64,000 nt of DNA from Eledone cirrhosa (Eukaryota), in NCBI GenBank assembly GCA_964016885.1, contig OZ024741.1, positions 110,422,001 through 110,486,000 of the forward strand. Reading direction: 5' to 3'. The position numbers were made by a program, and so were the translations under genes. The notes beneath the pieces were generated by a model. The model searched no databases, was not told where the DNA came from, and saw only the letters and a program-made list of their open reading frames with translations. Below are positions 1 through 12,364 of the stretch, piece by piece. Each line of letters starts with the position of its first letter. Positions within the stretch are counted from its first letter, which is position 1.

Positions 1-385
1 CAAATTCAAAGACTCAAAAGTGTCATTACTTCCTAGAGGAGAGGCACAGTAGGCCAAAACTGAGATCGAGGAGCGGGATTTCTACCAATTATAATAGTTA
101 TAATGCTATTCTGCAATACAGATGATAAGCTGCTTTTTTGTCGTCAAAGTGCATATACAAATGATGGTAAGTGGAATATGTGAATTAGTGCAAAATGTAG
201 GGGTCAAATTTTCTGTTTTAAATTTTCTTTAAAAACCCATATATATGTATATACACATATGCCTACCTACATACACGAGAGACAAATATCCAAGTTTTAG
301 GAAAATGTTAGTCACGAAAATATCAGTCATTTCAGGACATAGAAAACTTGTTTGCGGGCTGCATTTAAGTCCCGTGGTCTAGGGC

Positions 386-575
386 AAGCTACTGAGAGGC
401 CGATTTACACCACGGACGAAGGACTTTGGTAAGCTACTAAGAAATAGTTATATTTCATGGATAAAGGACTTTGGTAAGCTACTGAGAGATAGTTATACTC
501 CACAGATGAAAGACTTTGGTAAGCTACTGAGAGGCTGTTATAACCCACGGATGAAATAATTTGTAACCTACTCTA
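386..575. repeat. Minisatellite, ~45-bp unit x ~4 (aagctactgagag...ggactttggt)
   Basis: Four diverged tandem copies visible directly. Confidence 0.85.
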
Positions 576-619
576 CGGGTGAACAACTTTTTACCGTATT
601 TTTCTTCTCGCCGTTTCTA

Positions 620-1375
620 TAGTTTAAATTCTTAAGCTACAAACATTGATTGTTGAAAAGTTGACCTTGTTGATATTCAACATTGCTTTTCATATTTCTG
701 AGGTCGACGAAATAAAGTACCACCACCAACCGGAAACCCTTCCCTATCAGTTACCACCCCTTCCTTTTGCCTATCCAGAGAACGATCCTCCGTCTCTTCT
801 ACTGCCTTCTGTCGGGTCTCTCCACATCCTCCATTTTTCCCCTCCGGAATCTCCTCGTCTGAAATTCCTTTACCATCCACAATTCCTCTCCTGCATCACA
901 CCTCTACTCCAGACCCCGCTGTCATACATACCCTTTCATCTCCAACACCGCCACTCTCGCTGGACCCAACGACCATTTCTTCCAGTATCTGCTGCACCTT
1001 CATAAGTTTCGTATACGAACACCGAGGTACACAATGCAATGCCATCTTTATTGACCAACCTAGCCATCGACTGGCGGACATATTCGCCAAGGGCCATCAG
1101 GACATCCGACTCGGCAACCCATCCCCTTTTGTTCGACATTTCCGCCCCACCTGCCTCATTACCTGCACCGGACCCCGAGACTCATGCCCTCAGAGGGAAC
1201 AGCACCTCGTCTTCTGTGTCCAAGCTTTTACTCCCAATGACCTTGTGAACCGCCCCATTTTCTCTAGTCATAGCAGTAACAGGCATTTAGTAATATTTAT
1301 TTCTGTTCACTACCGTTTATCTTCGGCACCCACCTCTAAAAATGTGATGTCATATTGGGGGTGGGAGTCTCACAA
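620..1375 (-). mobile_element. Possible highly decayed LTR-retrotransposon (Gypsy-like) pol fragment
   Basis: GC-richer island with broken minus-strand frames (RWLGW..HCVP; GFPVGGGTLFRRP) loosely resembling RNase H end / pre-integrase region. No clean catalytic motif. Confidence 0.25.
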
Positions 1376-2299
1376 TATGTTTGATTATTTGTTTGTTTAT
1401 GTTTGCTTTTTGCGAGAAGGGCATTGATTTTGACTTCCACGTCATTAATGGACAAAATGAAAACACAAGAGATATGATATAGCAAGTTTTGTTGTTTTTA
1501 TAGCAAGATTAAGAGTTAAAGTTTGGCTAAATAACTGTCTAATGACTGGCAATTAAATAAAACTTCATCTTCCATATACATCATGGTGGTTTGACTTAAT
1601 AATAATGACATAGAGAGAACGGCTTCTGGGAAAATAAGTTATCTGACGACACTACTTTACTGACAAACAGTTTTTCGAGAAGAATAAAGAACGAAAAATA
1701 TGAGAAACACATTGGAACATTACAGAGAAATGTAATATCAATGGGCAAGAGAAGAAGAATTTAGTCGTTTAGTAAAAGAAATAAGAAAATCGATACGAAT
1801 ATCCAAAAATATTTTGTCTCAGTGGAAAATAATAATATTATTCATTGCTCCATATCCGAAAGAACTTTCTCTATTCTGCTCTAAAGAGATGTTAGAATAT
1901 CTGATGTATAGGATAAGCTACTGTAGAATAAATCCATTAAAATGTGATATATAATCATCGCCGGACGCCCATCTTGGATGATGTATACTAACGTTTATTC
2001 AAAGACTAATAGATGGCGCTCTCTTGCTTCTGTGAGACATTCACTAAAAACAGACTATAAAACAAACTGTAAAAAAAAATAATTGGTAGTTAAGAGCAAT
2101 TTATTACCTGTTGTTATTGTTGTTGTTGTCGCTGTTGTTGTTGTCGTCGTTGTTGTTGTTGTTGTTGCTTTATGGTTGCAGTTCTTGCTTTGTTTTTTGT
2201 TGTTTTATATTTAATATTTTTGTTGCTTCTTTAATTGTTTCAAGAAGTGGAGTTCTTAATATTAAGCTAACATATTTGAAATATTGTAGAATTGCAACG

Positions 2300-2680
2300 G
2301 TGGTGTAGTGGTGTTGTGGGGTGTAGTGGCGTGTAGTAGTTGTTTAGTCGTGGTGCAGTGGCTGTGTAATATTGTAGTGGTATAGAGGTTGTAGTGGTGG
2401 TGTAGTGTGGGTGTAGTGGTGGTGTAATGTTGCAGTGGTTATGTAGTGATGTAGTATTGTAGTGATGTAGTGGTTGTGCATTTTTGTAGTAGTAGTGTAG
2501 TGTTTGTTGTAGTGGTACTATAATGTTGTAGTTTTGTAATGTTGAGGTGGTAGTGTAACAGTGTAGTGTTGTAGTGTTTTAGTGATGTGGTATTGTAGTG
2601 GTGTACTTTTTGTAGTGATATTGTAGTGTTGTAGTGGTGTAGTGTGTTATAGTGCTGTAGTGTTGTAATGATTTTGTAGC
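2300..2680. repeat. Low-complexity (GTAGT/GTG)n repeat
   Basis: Degenerate gtagtg/gttgta tandem array. Confidence 0.9.
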
Positions 2681-2714
2681 GGATTCCTTGCGGAGAAAGA
2701 AAGAGACGGAAAGA

Positions 2715-2970
2715 ATTGGCCCCAGAACTAGACTGGTACTTTATTTATCGACCTCGAAAGTTTTAAAAGCAAAGTTGACTTCGGTGGTATTTGAACTCAG
2801 ATCACATTAAACCGGAATATATAATTGTTTCTACTTTTGGCACAAGGCCAGCAATTACCTCAGTGCGTCACTGGTACTTTATTTCATCGATCCCGTAAAG
2901 ATGAAAGGCAAAGTCAACCTCGGTGGGACTAAGAAAGCATGGTGTCTGACGCTCTACCGATACTGCCAAT
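2715..2970 (-). mobile_element. Two adjacent partial copies of tRNA-derived SINE family A (Meta-domain-like core ctttgcctttcatcct..ggggtcgataaaataaagtaccag)
   Basis: Reverse complement matches the other family-A copies (11607, 45079, 48430); B-box-like gagttcaaat. Confidence 0.8.
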
Positions 2971-3107
2971 AAAAAATGTAACATTTTTAAACCGACATTC
3001 TAATGACTAAATTCTTTGCCTATCGGAAAACAAAGAAACAGAGAAACAGAAACATAAACGTTAATTGATGACAATACAAAAACAAATAATAAATAATCTT
3101 TATATTA

Positions 3108-3785
3108 CTACACTGCCAACTTGGAGAAATTACACTGCTTAGAAATAACAATTAAACTGTTTTTATAGAGAAATTACACTGTTTCTATAGATAAATAGTT
3201 ACGCTGTTTATATAGAGAAATAGCTACACATGTAGATAAATTACACTGTTTATGTAGATAAATTACACTGTTTATGTAGATAAATTACACTGTTTATGTA
3301 GAGAAACTACAGTTTATATAGAGAAATGACACTATTTATATAGAGAAATTACACTGTTTATATAGCGAAATTACACTGTTTAATTAGCGAAATTATACTG
3401 TTTATATAGAGAAAGAGTTACAGTATTCATATAGAGAAATAGCTACACTGTTTATATAGAGAAATAGCTACACTGTTTATATAGCGAAATTACACTGTTT
3501 ATATAGAGAAACATTTACAGTATTTATATAGAGAAATAGTTACAGTGTTTACATAGAGAAATAGTTACAGTATTTATATAGAGAAATAGTTACAGTATTT
3601 ATAAAGAGAAATAGTTACACTCTTTATATAGCGAAATTATACTGTTTATGTAAATAAATTACATTGTTTATATAGCGAATTACACTCTTTATATAGAGAA
3701 ATTTCACTGTTTATATAAAAATGAATAAATGAATTGACCTTTATAACAACTACACTGCTAATTTAGAGAAATTATACTGCTTAGA
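3108..3785. repeat. Minisatellite, ~22-24-bp unit (tacactgtttatatagagaaat)
   Basis: More than 25 diverged tandem copies. Confidence 0.9.
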
Positions 3786-3874
3786 CAAATTAATTTCACT
3801 ATTTTATTTTTTAAAAAAAGAAATAAATAACTGTTTCGTGAACTTTGTTTTTATCTCTCTCTATAAAAAATCAA

Positions 3875-4225
3875 ATCAAAAATTAAAAATTACACCAAAA
3901 ATTTATCACTTAAATGGTGCAATAGATGATAAATAGTGATAAATTTTTGGTGTAATTTTTAATTTTTGATGTAATTTTCTATGACATTTTATGACATTAT
4001 GTGCATCATGTATTCTGTCTTTTTCTATATAGCGATGGCCTCGGGACCCCCCACCCCACCCCCTGCTGGTCCTTTAACCTTGTTCTGGTGATGCAGCTTG
4101 ATGGAGCATGCAACTATTGATATACTCTTGTTTATAAGCTGTGATGATTCCTGCCATAGGATATGGATGAAACACTGTTAGCTAATAAAACAATGTATTT
4201 CTAAGCACTCTTTCGTTATTCCTAT
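3875..4225 (+). mobile_element. PLE pseudo-LTR-like fragment with fold-back 5' end
   Basis: 36-bp inverted repeat (3875-3910 / 3935-3970), hammerhead motif at 4131, ends in (TA)n. Confidence 0.55.
4131..4189 (+). ncRNA. Type I hammerhead ribozyme motif with C3->G core change
   Basis: tttat-a-agct GTGATGA t tcc..gga t GAAAC act GTT agct-a-ataaa: stems I, II and III all pair; core gUGAUGA. Confidence 0.65.
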
Positions 4226-4228
4226 AAT

Positions 4229-4289
<61 letters not shown>

Positions 4290-4299
<10 letters not shown>

Positions 4300-4535
4300 G
4301 AAAATGCCTGTCTGTCTGTATGCAGTCCATGCATTTCCATAGCTTCCATCCGATTTTGTTCAAATTTGATACATAGGTTATTTAGCTAAAGGGGCATGTC
4401 AACATATAGGTTAAATCTTGCTCTCCCCTAAAATAGCAGCGTTCTAGGGCATTTAAAGACGGCCATGTTGAGGGGGGGGGGTCTTTATTTACAATGACGA
4501 AAGGTGTACCCGGCAACGTCGGGCTCTTTTACTAG
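4290..4535 (+). mobile_element. Non-autonomous Helitron
   Basis: 3' hairpin cccggcaacgtcggg (4509-4523) followed by CTAG|T (4532-4536); 5' (TA)n-taaa..ctgtctgtctgt head. Confidence 0.75.
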
Positions 4536-4775
4536 TTACAAATAAAATGTCGCTGGTTATTCTCCGTGACAATGACTTCACTATTCTATCTTTGGGACAC
4601 GACCGATCACCACACAGACTGGGGTGAAGAGTCTATCTCTCCCTCTCTTCCTTTCCTTCTTTACTTAATTCTGTGTGAAAGGTAGCGGGAAATATTTGAC
4701 AAACAATTGTGGAACGGATTGAAACACAACTCAGATTTCTTTTTTGTTAAGTCGGTGAAATAAACAAATAATCGG

Positions 4776-5302
4776 TCACCACCAACACCAATGCAACCTT
4801 CACCTCCACCATCAATATCACCATTACTACTACCACCACCACACCCACCATCACCACCATCATCATCACTACAACCACCACCATCACTACTATTCCCACC
4901 AACGCCATCACCATCACCACCATCACTACCAAATCCGCCACCACCAACATTATTACTACTCCCATCACTACCACCACTAACACCACTACCACCACCACTA
5001 ACACCACCACAACCATCACCACCATTACCAACACTAATCTTACTACCACCACTACCACCACTACTACCATTACCCCTACTCCCACCATCACCACCACTAC
5101 TACCACCACCACCACCATTATCATCACCAGCCCTACTATTACCACACCATCACCAACAACACTATTATCACCATCACCACCATTACCACCACCACCACTG
5201 TTATCATCACCACCGCCACTATCACCACCACCATCACCACCACTATCACCACCACCATCACCACCACCATCACCACCACTATCACCACCACCAACATCAC
5301 CT
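4776..5302. repeat. (CAC/CAT/TAC)n trinucleotide low-complexity tract
   Basis: Direct inspection; explains the poly-P/H/V ORFs. Confidence 0.9.
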
Positions 5303-5469
5303 CCCTGGATAGGATGATATATTACTCTATCACATGTTTCCGCAAAACATAGTTTTTTTAATTTTTTTAAGTAGAAAGCTATAAGTACAGCCACGAATGC
5401 CAGAATGTCAGAATTAACGAGGCATGGGAAAACTAGCTTAAAGGTTTAGTTAGCAGCTTCTGTTGGGAT

Positions 5470-5855
5470 GTAAACATGAAGCAACCAACACATGTATCAG
5501 CTAACACATGTGGCGGTCAACACATATAGTAGCCAACGCATGTAGTGGTCAACACACGAAGCGACCAACACATGTAGCGGTCAGTACATGGAGCTGTCAA
5601 AACATGTAGTGGTCAGTGCATGTAACGGTCAACACATGTAGTGGTCAGTGCATGTAGCGTCAAATGCATGAAGCGGTCGACGCATATAGCGTTCAGTGCA
5701 TGTAGCTCTCAACACATGTAGCGGTCGACAAATGTAGCGGTCAGCACACGTGGCAGACAATACATGTAGCTAGCAACACATATAGCAGTCAATGCATGTA
5801 TCATCCAACACATGTGATGAGCAACACATGTAGCATCCAACACTTGTAGCGGCTA
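5470..5855. repeat. Minisatellite, ~21-bp unit (aacacatgtagcggtc...)
   Basis: About 18 diverged tandem copies. Confidence 0.85.
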
Positions 5856-6561
5856 ATGATTTTGTCCATAAACAGGTACCAGAACGTGATGAGCTTTACA
5901 ACTGCAACAAGTGGGAGCACTATTATATTACCGACCGTTTTTGTTTGTTTGTTTTTTCTTCTTTTCATGTCTGATGGTTGGCAAATATGTGATGACATGT
6001 ATGTATGTATGTAAATATGTATGTATGTGTGTGTGTGTATGTATGCATATATGTGTGAATGCATGTAAGCATGTATGTATGCATATATGTGTGAATGTAT
6101 GCATGTATGTACGCATATATGTGTGAAATTATACATGTATGTATTATTATTTATCAACATAGTTTTCCATACACAGAGCCTCGTTAGCAAAGTATCATAA
6201 CAAATGTATTCCCAGAGACCACTGGGAAGTGAGGTTGGCTCAGTCCCTTCCGATTGGCTTACGATGCTAAGTTCTTCTTCAGGAAAAGTTATCTACAAAA
6301 AGCTAGGGTCTTATCCATAGAAATATTTGTCTATAATCCGCTTTAGGGTACAAGAAAGAAAAAAGAAAGGAGCCGATTCTCAATTCGAACCAAGGAAACT
6401 GTTTCCATTTGTCTTTCCATTTGTCTTTCTATTTGTCATACTATTTGCGTGTCGCAGCTTTTGTTAGAAAAGAGTTGAATTTGAACTCATACTGCGCAGA
6501 ACTGAATCTTTAACAATTCTGTTTGGGCATTTTATTTATCGACCCCGTAAAGAATGAAAGC

Positions 6562-7035
6562 ATGTGATTTAGTGGTTAGGGCGTTGGACTTACGATCATA
6601 ATCGTTTCTACTTTAGGTACAAGGGCTAGCAATTTGAAGAGGAGGATTAAATCGACCCTAGTACTTACAGGTACTTTATTTTACCGACCCCGTAAAGATG
6701 AAAGTCAAAGCTAACCTCGGCGAGATTTGAACTCAGAATGTAAAGAGCCATAACTCAAAGCTGCACAGCATGTTGTCCGACGCTCTACCGATTCTGCCAA
6801 TCCATGGCCCAGGACTTACGATCATAATGCTATAGATTCAGTTTATGTGCGGCTCTTAATTTCAGGTTGCTCCAGTCCACTCAGCTTAAATGAGTACCAG
6901 CTACGGCTAGAGGTTTAATCCTGCGATAAACTGGCGTCATGTTCGCAGTGGGGAGCTTGTACTCTCAGTTGCTTAATTCCAAGGAAACCGGGATAAGCAC
7001 CGGTCTGATGAGCCTCTGGCCTTAAAACAGACTTT
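6562..7035 (+). mobile_element. tRNA-derived SINE with CORE-like and V-like domains, interrupted by a second SINE
   Basis: A-box-like tagtggttaggg; gttgctccagtccactcagct..aaatgagtacc; cctgcgataaactggcgtc..gaaaccgggataagc..ccggtctgatgagcc. Confidence 0.65.
6603..6811 (-). mobile_element. SINE family A nested insertion with 17-bp TSD ggacttacgatcataat
   Basis: Identical 17-mer at 6586-6602 and 6812-6828 flanks a family-A copy. Confidence 0.85.
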
Positions 7036-7955
7036 AGAGACTTTTAGAAAGAATGAAAAGCAAATCGGCAAGATTGGAATACTGAGCGCAGAAAGCAGGA
7101 ACAAATATTCAAAAACGTTTAATCAGAGGCTCTAACAACTCTGTCAATTTACTGCCTGCACAAAGAGCAGGATTAAACACTTTCAGTTTGAAAGCTGGTT
7201 GTCTTTGAAATGTTTACAGAGCCACTATATCTTGAATATATTCCTATATCACCGATGATAGCCCAAACTGGCTGAGTTGTTAGAAGTGTCAGCTTACTTA
7301 AAAAGAGATCAACGGTTGCTGTCTCATCACAAAAAAGATCAGAACTTCATTGGCAGACATCGTGGAACGAACAATCTGATTTTTATTTGATAGGTTCACA
7401 TAAACAACAACAACCTTTGCTCGTTATACGTGACGTAGAGGCGTAGATAGTTTCAAAGAAAAGCTTATATTACAAAAATCTATCTTAAAAAATAAATAAA
7501 TTATACTTTCATAGTGATTTTTCAACGAACTACAAAATCATTAAAAATAATTGTATTGGTAGAAACAAATAGCAAATACGGACATTTGAATAAAATGCAA
7601 AAAACATAAAGTGATATATATATATAAATGTAAATGTATGTAAATATATGTAAATGTATGCAAATTCGTCTTCTTTCATTTAGATTCGGTTGTATGTATT
7701 GTTTTCATAATATAGAAGTGTAGTAAGAGAATGTTAACAGGCCAAACCCAAAGACGCTCATGAGATGTATATATTTCACAATAATATTTTAAAATGCATG
7801 AGAAAATGATTCAGTATAACAGTCGTCTGTATTTGATAACACAAACACACAAAGAAAAAGACAATTTGAATTATAGCTTATTTATCTCTTTCCTTCTCTC
7901 CTTCCCTCACACACTCACTTTTTCTCCCCCTTCTCTCCCTCTCTCTCTATATATA

Positions 7956-8016
<61 letters not shown>

Positions 8017-8428
8017 TATATAGGTAGAGAAAGATAATTTATATATATATATAATATATACATATATATATATTTTTTTTTTTTGCCTGAGAAAATACCT
8101 ATATGTGTGTATAGATGGTGCGTACATATATTTATTATTATTTTTAAATATCTCTATGTGTGGATTGATGGTACATACATATATTTATTTTTTTAATATC
8201 CAATTGAGTTCTTAAACACGTGGTTAAAATACCTAACAGGCTTCAATGACCAGCATGTATATTATTTTATATTGTACGATGACCTCCCCTTTCCCTTTTG
8301 GGGACAGTGTGAATTTTCTTTTTGAAGGACTACTGGCTTTTCAAATCTAGCTGTCCTTCTAGCACTGACAGAGACCATCACTAATTATTAATATCGATGT
8401 AGTTTTTTATATCGATATTGCATGGGCA

Positions 8429-8551
8429 TCCACTGATGAGTTATAAGGGCCCGCTTGTGTGTATATCTATGGATTATATACAAGTTTCTACATAACCTGG
8501 ACATTATTTATCCCAACTTGTAGAAATCTTATAACGAAACGATCGTATGGA
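8429..8551 (+). ncRNA. Type I hammerhead ribozyme with ~80-nt branched insertion in stem II
   Basis: tcca CTGATGA gttataag [two hairpins] cttataac GAAAC gatc GTA tgga; canonical core, G10.1-C11.1, palindromic stem III. Confidence 0.8.
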
Positions 8552-8728
8552 AGGAAAGAGAGATTTACTTAATTGTGTCTCATATAAAATAATACAACCA
8601 TCTATCCACAGAATACTGTATAGTTAGCACCCCAAACACTAAATTGGGATTATACTTAGGTATATCCTAATGTTTGTTGAGTGAGATGGAGTTGGTCAGA
8701 GTATCGCTTAAAGCTTTCTCTGTTAATG

Positions 8729-8807
<79 letters not shown>

Positions 8808-8819
8808 TAGAGAAAGATA

Positions 8820-8938
<119 letters not shown>

Positions 8939-9069
8939 ATTATATAGGTAGAGAAAGACAATTTATATATATATGATATATATACGTGTGTGTGTATGTG
9001 TATGTATGTGAGTGTGTGTGTGTAATACATATAGACCATCTTATACAAAAATACATAGATCCCCTTGTA

Positions 9070-9173
<104 letters not shown>

Positions 9174-9340
9174 CGCCTGCAAGCGTGTGTATACATACAT
9201 ATAGAACATCTTATACAAAAATACATACTACTCCTTTTATTTGCTGAAGTTAGGTGTGTGACGTTGGTTACAACCTTAAAAATGTATAGCAAAAGGCTCT
9301 CAAATGTTTTTCATAAACATCCCGTATATTATTTAATATA

Positions 9341-9432
9341 CAGGGCGTCTCAAAAAAATGTATGCACACTTTGGTTACCTGTACAAGCAATATTTATTAG
9401 AATACTGTTGAAGTATGTATACATTTTTGAGG
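9341..9432. mobile_element. Tc1/mariner-type MITE (~100 bp), one end damaged
   Basis: TA|cagggcgtctcaaaaaaatgtatg TIR; inverted homologue of 14755-14856. Confidence 0.7.
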
Positions 9433-9663
9433 AACTGGCCAGATTGTCAGCTTGCCTGGTGGCAAGCGAGGTCCCTCGGGGACCCACTGTAGTACTTTAG
9501 GGGCCAATACATACGTAGGAGCCAAACGTTGCTTTCAAAGAAAATATCACCAGTCCGAGAGAAAGAATAAGAAATTAAGAAAAAAACAAAACAATACAAC
9601 AATTAAATATACTAGGGTCTACTTTTATATGAGATCGAGTATATATATATATATATATTTATA

Positions 9664-9940
9664 TAGAAGTGGTTACACAACAATTAGTTCACCATACCGA
9701 GAACAATTGTTTCACCTTAGCGGATCCTCACCTCGTAATGGACATGGTTATACGGAACAGGAAGGACAACCGTACGAACGGTTCCGTATAACCATGTCCA
9801 TTACGAGCTGAGGATCCGCTAAGGTGAAACAATTGTTCTCGATATGGTGAACTAACTATTGTGTAACCACTTCTACCTAACTCGTCCCATGGACTGAGTG
9901 CTCTACCACTACGGATATTACCTTCCAGTGTGCTACCATT
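9664..9940 (+). mobile_element. Fold-back PLE-type element (95-bp arms 9664-9758 / 9781-9875 plus 3' tail)
   Basis: Near-perfect inverted repeat carrying a hammerhead motif in each arm; flanked by (TA)n. Confidence 0.75.
9804..9841 (+). ncRNA. Minimal type I hammerhead (mirror copy 9698-9735 on minus strand has C3->G)
   Basis: cgag CTGAGGA t cc-gctaa-gg t GAAAC aatt GTT ctcg. Confidence 0.7.
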
Positions 9941-10428
9941 ATATATTTATATATATATATTATATATATATATATATTAGAAATGAGGTTTTTTTACAAA
10001 ATGAAAAAAAAAAGGTGTCCTACACGAGTGAAAGTATAAGGAAAAAAGATGAAATCGAAAATGCAGCTGGAGTCTTTTTTTTTTAATATATTTATTTGGT
10101 TCCTTTACTGGTTTCGCAGCTCTTGTGCTTTTCAAAAGTAGAATTGAGATGGAGGGTCTGTAGTTTTTCTCATATATATATATATATTTGAAAAAAAGGA
10201 AAAGAATGACTTCACTTGTAGTTCTGAACAATTTGACTTAATTTTATAATATTATAATTTTACAATTTAGTTTTGTAGATCTAGTAAAGTTCTTTGTTAA
10301 CTTCGGTGGGAAGAATTTTAAAGATTCCTGGTTAACTTTCCTGGAGCACTTTCTCGCATTCGTCGGTGGCGATTGTCAAACTGAGATCAGGTAGATATAT
10401 ATATATACACTCACACATACACACACAC

Positions 10429-10496
<68 letters not shown>

Positions 10497-10543
10497 AATG
10501 TTCGAAGCCGAATTTTCGGCTTTTGAAGCACTGAGAATATATG

Positions 10544-10828
10544 TAATTATATAAGTATAAAGAAAGTGCTTAAACGCAAAAAATGCTGTAGAAATAGGGT
10601 GAATAGCCTTAAAAGACGGTAAAAGAATTTGCCAACGACCGCTATGAGGAATTGAAGACCATATTTTCCAGATAGCGGCTAGAAGTTATCTGGAAGATAT
10701 GGGGTTCAATTCCTCATAACGGTCGTTGGCTAATTCTTTTACCGTCTTTTAAGGTTGTTCACCCTATTTTATAAGCAAACTTTGTAGCATTTCTACGCTT
10801 GGACACTTTCTTTTTAATCATATAATTA
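10544..10828. repeat. Fold-back element (~130-bp arms) with tRNA T-arm/B-box-like sequence
   Basis: Inverted arms around ~10680; GGTTCAATTCC at 10703-10713. Confidence 0.7.
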
Positions 10829-10845
10829 AATATATATACATATAT

Positions 10846-11405
10846 ACATGGTGGCTGCCAACTCGTTTTCGAGTACGGCCACTACTTTATATCCATGTAG
10901 GAGAACCCCTACCGAAGCGCTGAACGAGTGTGACTTTTTAGTCCAGCCAGCGACTTGAAAACTCTGGTACAAACACTACACTTGTGACAATTATTGACAC
11001 AGTGCTGGGCCCATGGTACCATGTGAGGACAAGTGCAGAGAGATCTCCAGATACAAAGCAATGCCTGTGCCGTGAAGCTTTTATAGTGAGCAAAGGCACT
11101 GCACAAAGCCAGTCCCACTCTCTTAACCAAGATGATATTTACCAAAAAGAAGAACAAGTCAACATCATTGGATACCATCAGGGTTGCAGGTGTTATATCA
11201 GAGTTTTCCTTCTCCTAGAATTCTGCCTTGACAAAGGCTAAGGGGTCATCTCTCCCGGTGATTTTGGATGGCCATTGACTCTTAAGAGCTCCTTTGCCCT
11301 TTGACAGGTTTTGTTTTTAGTCCTGCAGGATGTCCAAAGTCACCCTCCTCACCAAGAAACCTTGGTGGGGTTGCCAGTTTAGTCGCCAACGACCCGACCA
11401 TGAGA
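10846..11405 (-). mobile_element. Non-autonomous bipartite RTE derivative (5'UTR fused to last Zn finger + 3' stem-loop)
   Basis: ~11057-11260 aligns by eye to 22790-23010 of the full RTE; 10915-10995 encodes CSVCTRVFKSLAGLKSHTRS; terminal ggccRtactcgaWaacgagKKggcagccaYcatgta shared with 18866-18900. Confidence 0.85.
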
Positions 11406-11430
11406 CATACATACATACATACATACGCGC

Positions 11431-11520
<90 letters not shown>

Positions 11521-11606
11521 TTAGTTGTTTGTAGCGAAAAATATGAAATTAAATGATATTAAAAGTAGTGTCTAACAGATGATAGATTAAACGAAGTCGG
11601 TATGGA

Positions 11607-11797
11607 AGGCAGTGAATTGGCAGTATCGGTAGAGAGTCGGACACCATGCTTTGTAGCATAGAGTTACGTCCCTTTACAGTCTGAGTTCAAATCCCGCCAA
11701 GGTTAACTTTGCCTTTCATCCTTACGGGGTCGATAAAATAAAGTACCAGTAATACACTGGGGTAATATGCTGGCCTTGTGCCAAAAGTAGAAACAAT
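11607..11797 (+). mobile_element. SINE family A
   Basis: A-box tggcagtatcgg, B-box gagttcaaatcc, Meta-like core, 3' gccaaaagtagaaacaatt. Confidence 0.85.
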
Positions 11798-12364
11798 TAT
11801 ATATACATATTTAATGAAATCCATAAAGCAGAAAAAACGATATATATATATATATATATATATACTAGCTGACGTACCCAGCTTCGCCCGGGTAAACAGA
11901 TGATAAGAGAAGACGGGTAAAAGAGAAAAAGACTGTATTGGATGTTTGTCTGGTTACAGTATGAGGCGAGTCCGTGGTGTCTGTGATACAAAAAACAGTA
12001 AAACAAATCTTCCAGATATACCAGATTCTTCGTTGTACCGTTTGTGCATAGTATATGAACAATTCTAGGTGCTGCCACCTAGAATAGTGACCTCTAGGAG
12101 ATGGTTCAACTTCTGCCTGACTGTAAAACGTGTATCATTGCATAGACGTGGTTGTTCCACGTTTCTCACACATAAACATACACATACACACGCACACATG
12201 TTAATAGTTATTGCTTTCCTCTTATTTCCACACACATCACGCGCACACATGTCTCTACACTGACACATATACATAGTGTATCCAACACAGCGTTCACTTT
12301 GCCCCTCTGTTTCTTACTCTCCCCTCTCACTCCCTTATTGGCATTATGCATATTAATTCAAGTT

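Noticed and set aside
2005-2022. CTCF-like motif tagatggcgct
   Set aside because: Only the 3' half matches; expected by chance in 64 kb.
4747-5394. 215-aa and 173-aa Val/Gly- or Pro/His-rich ORFs
   Set aside because: Translations of a CAC/CAT trinucleotide tract.
386-5855. Tandem arrays as CRISPR-like repeats
   Set aside because: No unique spacers, eukaryotic context and no cas genes; ordinary minisatellites.
5876-5975. Peptide NKWEHYYITDRFCLFVF resembling a nicotinic receptor M4 segment
   Set aside because: Spacing is off, the T-rich low complexity explains the hydrophobic run, and no other receptor exons are found.
6240-6290. Minus-strand CTGAAGA hammerhead-like start
   Set aside because: Followed by GGAA, not GAAA, and stems I and III do not form.
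7004-7030. CTGATGAG as a hammerhead core
   Set aside because: No stem II followed by GAAA; it is part of a SINE 3' region.
11330-11405. Twister or HDV-like ribozyme at the 5' end of the RTE derivative
   Set aside because: Has UAA and GAGGAGGG but lacks the twister GGUCCCAAGC loop, and there is no HDV P1 partner strand.
11607-11700. tRNA genes at A/B-box sites
   Set aside because: No complete cloverleaf; all continue into SINE bodies.
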